NCBI GenBank assembly: GCA_041649115.1
Contig: JBAZNT010000001.1
Span: 140,325 to 204,324 of the forward strand
Length of the DNA stretch: 64,000 bases
DNA from: Candidatus Omnitrophota bacterium
Lineage (GTDB): Bacteria > Omnitrophota > Gorgyraeia > Gygaellales > Profunditerraquicolaceae
Direction of reading: 5' to 3'
The position numbers were made by a program, and so were the translations under genes. Positions 28,946 through 39,488 of the stretch are shown here, in pieces. The notes beneath the pieces are model-generated. The model was not told the origin of the DNA, did not search any database, and saw only the letters and a program-made list of their open reading frames with translations. The stretch's first letter is position 1. Each line of letters opens with the position of its first letter.

Positions 28946-30670
28946 GTGTATATCAGTGACTATCGCCGCAAAGCCAAAGCGGTTTTTTTGTTTTTCCTTT
29001 TGTTTCTCGTCCTTTGCATTGCCCGCCTTTTTTATATTCAGTTTTTCCGTTGGAGCTATCTTGCGGAGATTGCCCGTAAACAACATAGCCTATTGGTAGA
29101 ATTGGAACCGCGCCGCGGCACCATCTATGATTCAAACCTAAAGCCGCAGGCAGTCAATATTGCCGCGGATTCGGTATACGCCTGCCCCAATGAAATTAAG
29201 GATAAGGATAAAGATGCGATTATACGCCAGCTTATGCCGATACTCGGGCTTGATTACGACTACCTTAAGGGCCGGCTTTACCGCCGGAAGTCTTTTATAT
29301 GGCTTGCCAGGAAGATTACCTCCGAGCAGGGCGAGGCGATCAGGAAATTAAACATCAAGGGTATTGATTTTATCAAGGAGAGCAGGCGTTCCTATCCTAA
29401 TGCGTACCTCGCCAGCCACCTTTTGGGGTTTGCCGGGCTGGATAATAACGGCCTGGAGGGGCTAGAGCTTTATTACGATAAGTATTTAAAGGGCAAAAAG
29501 GGTTGGGCCCTTCTGCTACGGGATGCCAGGCAGAAGAAGCTGGACATTTCAGATAAGACGGTTATGGCAGAAGACGGATATGACCTGGTGCTTACCATTG
29601 ATGAGGTCATTCAGTATATCGCAGAAAGGGAACTGGAGAAGGCTTGCCGCATCTACCATGCCAAGGGTGCCAGCATCGTGGTGCTCGACCCGCATACCGG
29701 GGCGATACTGGCGATGGCCAACCGCCCGACCTTTGATTTGAATAATCCTGCCGTTGCCTCAAAGGACCAGATGCGCAACCGCGCAGTCTGCGATTTATTT
29801 GAGCCCGGTTCGGTATTCAAGATTGTTACCGCTTCCGCTGCCCTGGATGAGAAGAAAGTAACCGAGGAGGATAAATTTTTTTGCGAAAACGGCTCATACA
29901 AGGTCGCTACGCATATCCTTCATGACCACCGGCCGCACGGCGAACTCACCTTCCGTGAGGTTATCGAACAATCCAGCAATATCGGAGTAGCCAAGGTTGC
30001 GCAACTCCTGGGGCCGGCGGTTGTCTATCGCTACGGGCGTCTATTCGGATTCGGGCAGAAGAGCGGGGTAGACCTGCCGGGAGAGATACCCGGGGTCTTC
30101 AAGGAGCCCCGCTTGTGGTCCAGGGTTTCTATTGCTACCGTGCCGATGGGGCAGGAGGTCGGCGTTACTGCTATCCAGTTGGCCGATGCCGTATCCGTAA
30201 TTGCCAACGGCGGGCAGCTCATGCGTCCTTACGTCGTAAGAGAGATCCGCGACAATCGCGGGTACGTCATTAAAAAAATCCAGCCCAGGATGATTGATAA
30301 GGCTATATCGCTGGATACCTCCGCGCGCATGAAAAAGATAATGATCGGCGTAGTAGAGAACGGCACCGGAAAGCTTGCCAGGCTTAAAGGATTTAGCGCC
30401 GCGGGAAAGACCGGGACTGCCCAGAAGATAGAGCCCAACGGCACCTACTCGCACACTAAGTTTATGGCGTCTTTCATCGGATTTGCGCCTGCGGAGGACC
30501 CGGTGGTGGCGATTGCCGTAGTAGTGGATGAACCCAGGCCTGTTTATTACGGAGGGGTAGTGGCTGCCCCGGTATTTAAAAACGTAGCCGGAGACGTTTT
30601 AAAATATCTTAAGGCCAGAGAGCCGCTTCAGGAGGCAGCGGCATTCTATGAGACTACTGCCCTTAATTAA
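28946..30670 (+). CDS. ftsI: Peptidoglycan D,D-transpeptidase FtsI (class B PBP)
   Basis: N-terminal TM, PBP dimerisation domain, and the SxxK (GSVFKIVT), SSN and KTGTA motifs. Confidence 0.92.
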   Translation: MYISDYRRKAKAVFLFFLLFLVLCIARLFYIQFFRWSYLAEIARKQHSLLVELEPRRGTIYDSNLKPQAVNIAADSVYACPNEIKDKDKDAIIRQLMPILGLDYDYLKGRLYRRKSFIWLARKITSEQGEAIRKLNIKGIDFIKESRRSYPNAYLASHLLGFAGLDNNGLEGLELYYDKYLKGKKGWALLLRDARQKKLDISDKTVMAEDGYDLVLTIDEVIQYIAERELEKACRIYHAKGASIVVLDPHTGAILAMANRPTFDLNNPAVASKDQMRNRAVCDLFEPGSVFKIVTASAALDEKKVTEEDKFFCENGSYKVATHILHDHRPHGELTFREVIEQSSNIGVAKVAQLLGPAVVYRYGRLFGFGQKSGVDLPGEIPGVFKEPRLWSRVSIATVPMGQEVGVTAIQLADAVSVIANGGQLMRPYVVREIRDNRGYVIKKIQPRMIDKAISLDTSARMKKIMIGVVENGTGKLARLKGFSAAGKTGTAQKIEPNGTYSHTKFMASFIGFAPAEDPVVAIAVVVDEPRPVYYGGVVAAPVFKNVAGDVLKYLKAREPLQEAAAFYETTALN

Positions 30671-32120
30671 AGCATTAGGAGACTGCCGCATCAGCGGAAG
30701 GTTTGAGGATTTTCCGGTGCCTGGCATAAGCTCGGACTCCAGGATGGTAAGGAAGGATTTTATCTTTATGGCAATAAAGGGCGTATGCCGGGACGGGGGG
30801 GCTTTTATAGAGGAGGCCGTTCGCAGGGGGGCGAGGGTTATTGTAACCCAAGACGCGCATATCGGGTTGCGGGATAACGCCGGGGTGACGCTCATTACCG
30901 TAACCGACGACCGCCTTGCCCTGGCAAGGCTGGCGGATGCCTTCTACAAACATCCTTCGGAAAAGATGAAGGTTGTCGGGATAACCGGCACAAACGGCAA
31001 GACCACGATATTGTATTTACTGGAGGCGTTATTGAAAGAGGGTGGCCTTACCAGCGGAGCCATCGGCACCATTAATTACCGTTTCAGGGATAAGGTTGTA
31101 GATTCCAAGAATACCACCCCCGGACCGCTTGAATTGCAATCCCTTTTGGCAGGGATGAGAAAAAGCGGCGTTGATTTTGCGGTAATGGAAGTATCCTCGC
31201 ATGCGCTTAAGCAACAGAGGGTGGCGGGCGTTGATTTCCACAGCGCAATATTTACCAATTTGACACAGGACCACCTGGATTATCACGGAACGCTGGAGGA
31301 TTATTTTCGGGTTAAGGCCGGGCTTTTTGAGGGACTGGGGCCTTCTGCCTTAGCGGTTCTTAATAATGACGATGAGTACGGCCGGAAGCTGAAGGAGCTG
31401 ACAAAGGCCAGGGTAGTTACCTATGCAATAGATAATCTGGCTGACGTAATGGCAGAGGACATCAGGATGGAAATGGGGCAGACAAACTTTATTCTTAAAT
31501 TTGCCGAAGGCGGAATTCCTGTCCGTATCCCGCTTATCGGAAGACACAATGTTTATAACGTCCTGGCATCGGCTGCCTGGTGGATAGCGGCAGGGTTTAA
31601 GCCGAGACAGTTGAGGACCGCTTTAGAGAGGTTCCCGTCTGTTCCCGGCAGACTGGAGAAGATTGAAAATAACAGGGGCATAAATATCTTTGTTGATTAC
31701 GCCCATACCGAAGACGCCCTCTGCAACGTCATCAGCTCCTTAAGACAGCTTGGCCCTAAGAATGCCAGAATGGTGGTGGTCTTCGGTTGCGGAGGGGAGA
31801 GGGATAAGACAAAGAGGCCGAAGATGGGCAGGGTAGTAACAGATCTGGCGGATTACGCCGTGATTACCAGCGATAACCCCCGCTGCGAGGATCCTGCCTT
31901 AATAGCAGAGGATATTAAAAAAGGCATCAAGGCTAATAATTACGAAGTGGTCCTGGACCGGCGCCTGGCCATTGCCAAGGCGTTATCTTTAGCGGCCAGG
32001 GGGGATGTGGTTCTGATTGCCGGTAAAGGCCATGAGAGTTCCCAGGTATCAGGGGATTCCGCCGTCCATTTCGACGATAGAGAGGTTGCCAGAGAGTGTT
32101 TAAGACAAGCGAAATCCTAA
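30648..32120 (+). CDS. murE: UDP-N-acetylmuramoyl-L-alanyl-D-glutamate--2,6-diaminopimelate ligase
   Basis: Contains GITGTNGKTT and a C-terminal DNPR motif (TSDNPRCEDP). Confidence 0.92.
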   Translation: MRLLPLIKALGDCRISGRFEDFPVPGISSDSRMVRKDFIFMAIKGVCRDGGAFIEEAVRRGARVIVTQDAHIGLRDNAGVTLITVTDDRLALARLADAFYKHPSEKMKVVGITGTNGKTTILYLLEALLKEGGLTSGAIGTINYRFRDKVVDSKNTTPGPLELQSLLAGMRKSGVDFAVMEVSSHALKQQRVAGVDFHSAIFTNLTQDHLDYHGTLEDYFRVKAGLFEGLGPSALAVLNNDDEYGRKLKELTKARVVTYAIDNLADVMAEDIRMEMGQTNFILKFAEGGIPVRIPLIGRHNVYNVLASAAWWIAAGFKPRQLRTALERFPSVPGRLEKIENNRGINIFVDYAHTEDALCNVISSLRQLGPKNARMVVVFGCGGERDKTKRPKMGRVVTDLADYAVITSDNPRCEDPALIAEDIKKGIKANNYEVVLDRRLAIAKALSLAARGDVVLIAGKGHESSQVSGDSAVHFDDREVARECLRQAKS

Positions 32121-33454
32121 AAGCTACTGGCGGTAAGCTGCTTGCCGGTTCGCCCGACGGCGTGCTGGCAGGCGTATCGCTGGACAGCCGTACCATTAAT
32201 AAAGGAGAGATTTTTATTGCCATCAGGGGGGAGAATTTTGACGGGCACGATTTTATAAGTAAGGCCATACGCAAAGGGGCGGCATGCATTGTTAGCGAAA
32301 GGGCGGTGCAGCTTCCGAAAACCAGGCCCCCCGTTTTTGTTAAGGTCGATAACAGTCAAAGGGCCCTGGGGGATATTGCTTCTTACCACCGCAGGAGGTT
32401 TGATCTGCCTTTTATCGCGGTTACCGGTTCCAACGGCAAGACTACTGCCAAAGATATGATAGCCTGGGTTTTGTCGGCGCGTTACCGGGTTCTGAAGAAC
32501 GAAGGCACAAAGAACAACCAGATCGGCTTACCGCTTGCGCTTTTGAATCTAAACCGCAAGCATCAGGCAGCGGTATTGGAGATAGGCACCAATCACCCCG
32601 GAGAGGTCGGGTATCTTTGCGGTATCTACAGGCCCAACATCGGGATCATTACCAACATCGGCCCTTCGCATCTTGAGCATTTCGGAGGCCTTAAATCCGT
32701 ATTTAATGAAAAGATCAGTCTTGTCCGGAATCTCGCGCCGCCTTACCTGTCTATCTTAAACCGCGACGATAAATTCCTGAGCCCTCTCCTGGATAAAAAC
32801 GCAAGAGTGCCGTTTAGGTTAGGCTTCGGTTTTAGCGGCCGCAGTGATTTTTTAGCTTCCGATGTCAAGGAGTTCAGCAGGGGATTTGAGTTTGCGATAA
32901 ATGGCCATAAGGGGATGGTTTTGAATACCCTTGCCCGGCATAATATCTATAATGCCCTTTGCGCAGCCGCAGTAGCGCGTATCATGGGAATGGAATACGG
33001 CGAGATCGCCTTAAGGCTCAGGGGTTTTGATTTTCCGCAAGGGAGGTTTAAGCCTTTCAGGCGCAATAACGTTAATTTTATCGACGATACTTATAATTCC
33101 AACCCGTTGTCCCTTAAGGCCGCCCTGGAGGCCTTCGGTGGTTTAGCCTGCCGCGGAAGGAAGGTTTTTATTATGGGCGATATGCTTGAGTTGGGCAGGA
33201 AGGAGAGGGATTTTCACCGCCAGGCAGGCAGGGATGCCCTGCGGGTTTCTGACGTCATGATTTTTACGGGAAGGCTTTCCAGGTTTGCGGCGGAGGCGGC
33301 ATTAAGAAAAAAGAGGCGCTCCGGGGATATATTCGTCTGCCGCAACAGCAGGGAGGCGCGCAGGGTTCTTTTTAAAAAGGTCATTCCCGACAGCCGCGAC
33401 ATAATATTAGTCAAGGGGTCGCGCTTGATGAAAATGGAATATATCTTTAGTTAA
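32096..33454 (+). CDS. murF: UDP-N-acetylmuramoyl-tripeptide--D-alanyl-D-alanine ligase
   Basis: Contains VTGSNGKTT, IDDTYNSNP and MGDMLELG. GTG start. Confidence 0.92.
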   Translation: MFKTSEILKATGGKLLAGSPDGVLAGVSLDSRTINKGEIFIAIRGENFDGHDFISKAIRKGAACIVSERAVQLPKTRPPVFVKVDNSQRALGDIASYHRRRFDLPFIAVTGSNGKTTAKDMIAWVLSARYRVLKNEGTKNNQIGLPLALLNLNRKHQAAVLEIGTNHPGEVGYLCGIYRPNIGIITNIGPSHLEHFGGLKSVFNEKISLVRNLAPPYLSILNRDDKFLSPLLDKNARVPFRLGFGFSGRSDFLASDVKEFSRGFEFAINGHKGMVLNTLARHNIYNALCAAAVARIMGMEYGEIALRLRGFDFPQGRFKPFRRNNVNFIDDTYNSNPLSLKAALEAFGGLACRGRKVFIMGDMLELGRKERDFHRQAGRDALRVSDVMIFTGRLSRFAAEAALRKKRRSGDIFVCRNSREARRVLFKKVIPDSRDIILVKGSRLMKMEYIFS

Positions 33455-33494
33455 GGGGCGCTTTAGGGCTGCCGGCCGGCATCCAGGGATTGGC

Positions 33495-33524
33495 TTGGAA
33501 AGTGCGCCTGGTTTGTGTTATAAT
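33495..33524 (+). promoter_or_regulatory. Possible internal promoter upstream of mraY
   Basis: TTGGAA (33495-33500), 18-nt spacer, TGT-TATAAT (extended -10, TATAAT at 33519-33524). It lies in the 78-nt murF-mraY gap. Confidence 0.4.
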
Positions 33525-33532
33525 AACTATTT

Positions 33533-34621
33533 ATGCTGTATTACCTTTTATACTCCTTTCACGAGTCATTATCATCATTCAATATCTTCCGCTACATTAC
33601 CTTCCGTGCGGCACTGGCAGCCGTTACCAGCTTCCTGGTCTGCCTGGCATTGGGCCCGGTGATCATTAATGCCCTTAAAAAAATGAAGGTCGGCGAAAAC
33701 GTAAGGAAGGAAGATAGCAAACAGCTCTATGAGCTGCACGGCAAGAAGCAGGATACCCCCACGATGGGGGGGATATTGATACTGTTGGCGATGCTTTCCT
33801 CGACGCTTCTGTGGGCGGATATCTTAAACCCGCAGATACTCCTGGCGCTTTTTACGACGGTCTGGCTCGGCATCACCGGTTTTGTCGACGATTACCTCAA
33901 ACACATAGGGAAATGTTCTAAAGGGCTTACCGCCAGCACCAAATTCAGCAGCCAGATCGTGCTGGGCCTAATCCTGGGGATCTTCCTTCTTTTTGACCCG
34001 CAGAACAGCACCAATCTGGACCTCCCGTTTTTAAAGGATGTCTCGCTGAATCTCGGGATATTCTATATCATTTTTGTGATTATCGTGATTACCGGCTCTT
34101 CCAATGCGGTTAATCTCACCGACGGACTGGACGGTCTGGCAATAGGCTGCGTGATTATGGTAGCGCTTACCTACGCAGTTTTAACCTATGTCTCCGGCAA
34201 CATAAAATTCAGCGACTATCTTTTTATACCTTATATACGCGGTGCCGGGGAACTGACGGTATTCTGCGCCAGCATCCTTGGGGCAGGGTTGGGTTTTTTA
34301 TGGTTTAACTGTTATCCGGCTTCCATCTTTATGGGGGATACCGGTTCTTTATCCCTGGGTGGGGCATTGGGAATAGTAGCGCTTTTAGTCAAGAAGGAGC
34401 TGCTCTTGGTCGTTGTAGGAGGAATATTCGTCCTGGAGGCTGCTTCGGTAATATTGCAGGTAGCGTCCTTCCGTTTTACCGGCAGGAGAATTTTCAGGAT
34501 TGCGCCCCTGCACCATCATTTTCAATTCCTGGGCTGGCCGGAGAGCAAGGTGATTACGCGTTTTTGGATATTGGCCAGTCTCCTGGCGTTGCTTACATTG
34601 GTTACGCTCAAGATAAGATAA
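33533..34621 (+). CDS. mraY: Phospho-N-acetylmuramoyl-pentapeptide-transferase
   Basis: Contains TPTMGGILIL, NAVNLTDGLDGLA, MGDTGSLSLGG and APLHHHF. Confidence 0.95.
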   Translation: MLYYLLYSFHESLSSFNIFRYITFRAALAAVTSFLVCLALGPVIINALKKMKVGENVRKEDSKQLYELHGKKQDTPTMGGILILLAMLSSTLLWADILNPQILLALFTTVWLGITGFVDDYLKHIGKCSKGLTASTKFSSQIVLGLILGIFLLFDPQNSTNLDLPFLKDVSLNLGIFYIIFVIIVITGSSNAVNLTDGLDGLAIGCVIMVALTYAVLTYVSGNIKFSDYLFIPYIRGAGELTVFCASILGAGLGFLWFNCYPASIFMGDTGSLSLGGALGIVALLVKKELLLVVVGGIFVLEAASVILQVASFRFTGRRIFRIAPLHHHFQFLGWPESKVITRFWILASLLALLTLVTLKIR

Positions 34622-34628
34622 GCCGTTT

Positions 34629-35900
34629 TTGCGAATGCGCAACAAGGATTATTTCAAGGGTAAGAAGGTTACTGTCGTCGGCCTGGCACGTTCGGGGATA
34701 AGCTGTGCCAGGCTGCTTGCTAAATCGGGGGCGCTCGTCGGTGTTACCGACAGCCAGGATAATGCGGCAATCCGTGCTGCAGGCAGTCAATTGAAGTCGC
34801 ACGGTATCAAGGTTGAGCTTGGGCGGCATACTATTGGTTTTCTCAGGGGCCGCGACCTGGTAGTTACTTCTCCGGGAGTACCGGATAAATCCCCGCCTCT
34901 TAAGTGGGCGGCAAGTTTTGGCATACCGGTGATAAGCGAGATAGAAGCGGCTTGGCTGCTTTCTCCGGCTGAGGTTATTGCGGTTACCGGCTCAAACGGA
35001 AAAACCACGGTTACCACTCTCATCGGGATGGTCTTAAAAGAAGCCGGTAAAAGGGCGGTGACCTGCGGCAACATCGGAAACCCATTCAGCGGGGAAGTAG
35101 AAAGGTTAAGGGCGGGCGATTTCGTATCGCTTGAGGTGAGCTCTTTTCAGTTGGAGACAATCAGCAATTTCAAGCCTCGTATCGCAGTTATCCTGAATTT
35201 CAGCCGCAATCACCTGGACAGATACCGCAGCATGCGTCAGTACCTGGCGGCGAAGGCGCGTATCTTTATGAATCAGGATAACGCAGATTTCCTGGTGATC
35301 AACCGGCAGGAGGAGGTCCTAAAAATTATCGCGGGCAGGGCAAGGTCCCGCATTGTTTATTTTTCACCCTCGAAGGAGTTTAATGCCAATCAGGCTGCGG
35401 TTATGGCAGTAGCTTCGATACTGGGAATAGGCAAGGACAAGGTCATTCGGGCATTCCGGAGATTTAAGGGCATCGAGCACCGCCTGGAAGAAGCTGGCCG
35501 AGTCAGGGGGGTAAGGTTTATAAATGATTCGAAATCTACCACCGTGGATGCGACTGTCTGGGCCTTAAGGAATATCGACTATCCCTGCATACTTATCGCC
35601 GGAGGAAGGGAGAAGGGCAATGATTATGCGACGGTGCGGGGTTTGGTGCGCCGTAAGGTCAGGGAAGCGGTGTTGATAGGAGAGGCAAGGGGAAAAATCC
35701 GCAGGGCATTCAGGGGGGTTGTCCCTTTGCGCGAGGCCGTGGATTTAGAAGAGGCGGTCCGCATTGCATTCTCCCTTGCCGTAAGGGGCGAGAGCGTGCT
35801 TTTTTCGCCGATGTGTAAGAGCTTTGATATGTTTGCTAATTACGAGGAACGCGGCAGGGTCTTTAAGTCCGCCGTAGGCCTCCTCGCCAGAGGTAGCTGA
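34629..35900 (+). CDS. murD: UDP-N-acetylmuramoylalanine--D-glutamate ligase
   Basis: Contains KKVTVVGLARSG and VTGSNGKTTV. Conserved position in the cluster. Confidence 0.92.
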   Translation: MRMRNKDYFKGKKVTVVGLARSGISCARLLAKSGALVGVTDSQDNAAIRAAGSQLKSHGIKVELGRHTIGFLRGRDLVVTSPGVPDKSPPLKWAASFGIPVISEIEAAWLLSPAEVIAVTGSNGKTTVTTLIGMVLKEAGKRAVTCGNIGNPFSGEVERLRAGDFVSLEVSSFQLETISNFKPRIAVILNFSRNHLDRYRSMRQYLAAKARIFMNQDNADFLVINRQEEVLKIIAGRARSRIVYFSPSKEFNANQAAVMAVASILGIGKDKVIRAFRRFKGIEHRLEEAGRVRGVRFINDSKSTTVDATVWALRNIDYPCILIAGGREKGNDYATVRGLVRRKVREAVLIGEARGKIRRAFRGVVPLREAVDLEEAVRIAFSLAVRGESVLFSPMCKSFDMFANYEERGRVFKSAVGLLARGS

Positions 35901-35903
35901 ATT

Positions 35904-36998
35904 ATGATCCGCGACGTCCGTATACGCCTGTTCAACGTTACCGTAATCCTTATTTGCATAGGCGTGATTATGATTTACAGTGCTTCAAGCATCTATGCCT
36001 GGGAAAGATACAACGACAGCTTTTTCTTTTTTAAAAGGCATCTGAGCTTCGTGATGATTGGCGTGGCATTTGCGTTTCTGGCAATGAGTGTGGATTATCG
36101 CAGGCTGCGTCCATATGCCAGGCCCCTGCTTTTGACATCGTTTCTGCTATTGGTGCTGGTGCTTGTGCCGGGGCTCGGCAGAGAAGTCTCCGGAGCCCGG
36201 CGCTGGTTCAGGTTCAGGTTCCTCAGTTTTCAGCCTTCGGAGTTGGCCAGCATCGCCCTGATCGTATATATTTCCGATTTTATCGCCAGGCGGGGGAGTA
36301 TGATCAAGAGTTTCTGGCGTGGTTTTCTGCCTCCGGTGATAGTAGTAGGGGGCATGCTTTCCATAATACTTCTGCAGCCGGACCTTGGTACGGTGATTGC
36401 CCTGGGCAGTGTGGTATTTTTGATGCTTCTTATATCCGGAGTCAAGGTGTCTTACCTTCTGTCGCTGGCGCTTTTGAGCCTGCCGGCATTATACGTGCTG
36501 GTCTTTAGCGTTCCTTACCGGCGCATGCGCATCCTGGCATTTTTAAATCCCTGGGCTGACCCCAAGGGGAGCGGTTTCCAGATTATTCAGTCTCAGATTG
36601 CCCTGGGCTCCGGCGGGCTATTCGGGACCGGCCTGGGGCATTCCAGGCAGAAACTGTTTTACCTTCCTGCGGCGCATACGGATTTCATTTTTTCCATTAT
36701 CGGCGAGGAACTTGGTTTACTGGGGACGATGGCGGTGATAGTGCTTTTTATAATTTTTATCCAGCAGTGCCTGAAGATTCTCAAGAATACCCAGGACAGG
36801 TTCGGTTATTTCCTGGCGCTGGGTCTTACGCTGATGATTTGCCTCAAGGCCATTATTAATATCGGCGTCTCTTGCGGGCTTCTTCCCACCAAGGGGTTGC
36901 CGCTGCCTTTTATCAGCTACGGCGGCTCGTCTTTTGTCTTTGATATCATCAGTGTCGGTATTCTTATGAATATCGCCCGCACCGGAGAATATCCATGA
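35904..36998 (+). CDS. ftsW: Peptidoglycan glycosyltransferase FtsW (SEDS family)
   Basis: Polytopic membrane protein with FQPSELA and LLPTKGLPLPFISYGGSS. Confidence 0.9.
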   Translation: MIRDVRIRLFNVTVILICIGVIMIYSASSIYAWERYNDSFFFFKRHLSFVMIGVAFAFLAMSVDYRRLRPYARPLLLTSFLLLVLVLVPGLGREVSGARRWFRFRFLSFQPSELASIALIVYISDFIARRGSMIKSFWRGFLPPVIVVGGMLSIILLQPDLGTVIALGSVVFLMLLISGVKVSYLLSLALLSLPALYVLVFSVPYRRMRILAFLNPWADPKGSGFQIIQSQIALGSGGLFGTGLGHSRQKLFYLPAAHTDFIFSIIGEELGLLGTMAVIVLFIIFIQQCLKILKNTQDRFGYFLALGLTLMICLKAIINIGVSCGLLPTKGLPLPFISYGGSSFVFDIISVGILMNIARTGEYP

Positions 36999-38119
36999 TG
37001 GGCGCACCTGGCGCAAAAACGGCGAAGGTCCTGGCAGTCACAGGCTCAAGCGGCGGGCATATCTTTCCGGCGATAAGTCTCTTGGATAGCCTGAAGGAAA
37101 ACGAGCCTTCTGCCGAAGTCCTTTTAGTTTTACCCAGCCGCAGCATCAAAGACCTTATCGGGTCCCTCGGATATCCGGCTGCGTCTGTATCCATCGTTCC
37201 GCTAAGATTAAGCCTTGGCCCGCGCAACATCTTCGCAGCATTAAAATTTTTAAAAGGCTCCCTCGAGGAGTTGGCGGTGTTGTTGAGATTCCGGCCTGAC
37301 CTGGTAGTAGGGTTTGGCAGCCTTTCCTCGGTACCGATGGTTTTATTCGCCCGCATCGGGGGCATTAAAACCATGATGCATGAGCAGAACGTAATGCCCG
37401 GCATGGCAAACAGGCTTCTGGCTTTTTTTGCCGATAGGGTTGCGCTTTCTTTTGCGGATACCGCAGATTATCTTAAATGCCCGCGGCATAAGATAATTGT
37501 TACCGGAAACCCCCTGCGCCGCCAGATGGCTCTTTTGGATAAAGCGGAGGCGAGGGATTATTTCGGATTAAGCCGTGATAAATTTACAATTCTCGTAAGC
37601 GGAGGCAGTCAATCCAGCAGCAATGTCAACGAGGGGTTCCTTAAGGCAGTAAGGCAGCTGAGGGAGAGATCCTCTTTTCAACTGATACATCTGGCCGGCC
37701 GTGATGACTGCCGGCGTTTAAGGGAGGAATACGAGAAAAACGGTATAGAGGCGCGGGTTTTTTCTTTCCTGGACTCCATGCAATACGCCTACAGTGCCTC
37801 GGATGTAGCGGTCTCGCGCTCCGGGGCAACTACGATAGCGGAGCTCATTTTTTTCAGGATCCCCGCGATACTGGTGCCTTATCCCCACGCCCGCAAGCAT
37901 CAGTATGCCAATGCCGAGGTGTTAAGGAGGAGCGGTTGCGCCGTTATTGTTGAGGATGAAGAATTCGGTAAAAGCGGGGCAGCCAGGATATTGGAAGGCC
38001 TGTTGCAGAATAAAGAAGAATTGAGCAGGATGCGCAGTAATTACCAGGGGCTGGAGAGTCGCTCTTCAAGAGAGAGGATGCGCGAGGCAGCATCAGAGAT
38101 GCTGAAATCAAATGGTTAA
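36995..38119 (+). CDS. murG: UDP-N-acetylglucosamine--N-acetylmuramyl-(pentapeptide) pyrophosphoryl-undecaprenol N-acetylglucosamine transferase
   Basis: Contains GSSGGHIFPA and SRSGATTIAEL...PAILVPYP...HQYANA. Confidence 0.92.
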   Translation: MMGAPGAKTAKVLAVTGSSGGHIFPAISLLDSLKENEPSAEVLLVLPSRSIKDLIGSLGYPAASVSIVPLRLSLGPRNIFAALKFLKGSLEELAVLLRFRPDLVVGFGSLSSVPMVLFARIGGIKTMMHEQNVMPGMANRLLAFFADRVALSFADTADYLKCPRHKIIVTGNPLRRQMALLDKAEARDYFGLSRDKFTILVSGGSQSSSNVNEGFLKAVRQLRERSSFQLIHLAGRDDCRRLREEYEKNGIEARVFSFLDSMQYAYSASDVAVSRSGATTIAELIFFRIPAILVPYPHARKHQYANAEVLRRSGCAVIVEDEEFGKSGAARILEGLLQNKEELSRMRSNYQGLESRSSRERMREAASEMLKSNG

Positions 38120-39488
38120 GCATTACCACCTTATCGGCATCGGAGGCATCGGTATGAGCGGGATTGCCCGGCTTCTGCTCTGCAGGGGGTTTAAGGTCAG
38201 CGGCTCGGATATTAAAGAGAGCGATTCTACCGTTGAGCTTAGGCGCAGGGGGGCTGAGGTGCTGCTTGGGCATGACCCCGCCAACGTCAACGGAGCGGAT
38301 GAGGTAATTTATTCTTCTGCGATAGGAGAAGATAATCCTGAAGTGCGCCAGGCAGTGGCAGTTGGCGTAGCAGTCAAGAAAAGGGCCGAGGCCCTGGCAG
38401 AGTTGATGCAGGATAAGACGGTGATTACGGTTACCGGCAGCCACGGCAAGACTACCACCTCCTCGCTAATCTCTTATCTTCTCCTGGAGGCAGGATTGAG
38501 GCCTACTATCGCGGTAGGCGGGATATTGAAAAATATCGACAGCAATGCCCGCATGGGGGACGGTCAATTCTTTGTGGCAGAGGCCGACGAGTCAGACGGC
38601 TCCTTCTTATGCTATCAGCCCGATTATTCCGTTATTACTAATGTTGACCGCGAGCACCTTGATTATTACCGGGATTTTGGCTCCGAGATAAAGGCCTTTT
38701 CTAAATTTATCGACCAGACCAAGGCAGGAGGATGCGTTTTTGCTTGCAGCGATGACCCGGTATTGAAAGGTCTCCTCGACGATTACGAAGGCAGGAGGGT
38801 GTTCTTCGGCTTAAAGGAAAACGCGGATATCTTCCCTCGTAACATTTCCATTGCCGCCCTTAGTTCGGAGTTTGATTGTTTTTACAAAGGTGCCTGCCTG
38901 GGGAGGTTTTGTCTTTCCCTGGGCGGAATGCACAATATCTCTAATTCCCTGGCAGTGATTGCCATAGGTCTGGAGTTAGGCCTGGAGGCAGGGCTTATCA
39001 GGCGCGCCCTTGGCAATTACCAGGGGGCCCGCCGGAGAATGGAGACGAAATTCAAGAGTCCGGCCTACCTGGTTATTGACGATTATGCACATCACCCCAG
39101 CGAGATAAAGGCCACCCTGGAGGCCACCGAGAGATTAAAGTCTAAAAGGGTAATCGTGGTTTTCCAGCCTCACCGCTATAGCCGTACCAAGCTGCTCTGG
39201 GATGAATTCCCGGTGAGTTTCGGGAAGGCGGATTACCTGGTCCTTACTGATATCTATCCTGCCAGCGAGAAGGCCATTGCGGGGATAGACGGAGAATCCC
39301 TGTGCCTGCGCATAAAAAAGGATACCCCCGGTAAAGAAGTCCGTTTTTTAAATAAAGAGAAAATCGTCGGCCACATATTAGAGATTATTGAACCCGGAGA
39401 CCTGGTTGTTGTGATGGGGGCAGGGGATATCGTGAGGATAGCAGATGAGTTGGCTCTACGGCTCAGGGGCGAGGATAAGGTATCTTGA
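38112..39488 (+). CDS. murC: UDP-N-acetylmuramate--L-alanine ligase
   Basis: Contains GIGGIGMSGIARLL, VTGSHGKTTT and DDYAHHP. Confidence 0.93.
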   Translation: MVKHYHLIGIGGIGMSGIARLLLCRGFKVSGSDIKESDSTVELRRRGAEVLLGHDPANVNGADEVIYSSAIGEDNPEVRQAVAVGVAVKKRAEALAELMQDKTVITVTGSHGKTTTSSLISYLLLEAGLRPTIAVGGILKNIDSNARMGDGQFFVAEADESDGSFLCYQPDYSVITNVDREHLDYYRDFGSEIKAFSKFIDQTKAGGCVFACSDDPVLKGLLDDYEGRRVFFGLKENADIFPRNISIAALSSEFDCFYKGACLGRFCLSLGGMHNISNSLAVIAIGLELGLEAGLIRRALGNYQGARRRMETKFKSPAYLVIDDYAHHPSEIKATLEATERLKSKRVIVVFQPHRYSRTKLLWDEFPVSFGKADYLVLTDIYPASEKAIAGIDGESLCLRIKKDTPGKEVRFLNKEKIVGHILEIIEPGDLVVVMGAGDIVRIADELALRLRGEDKVS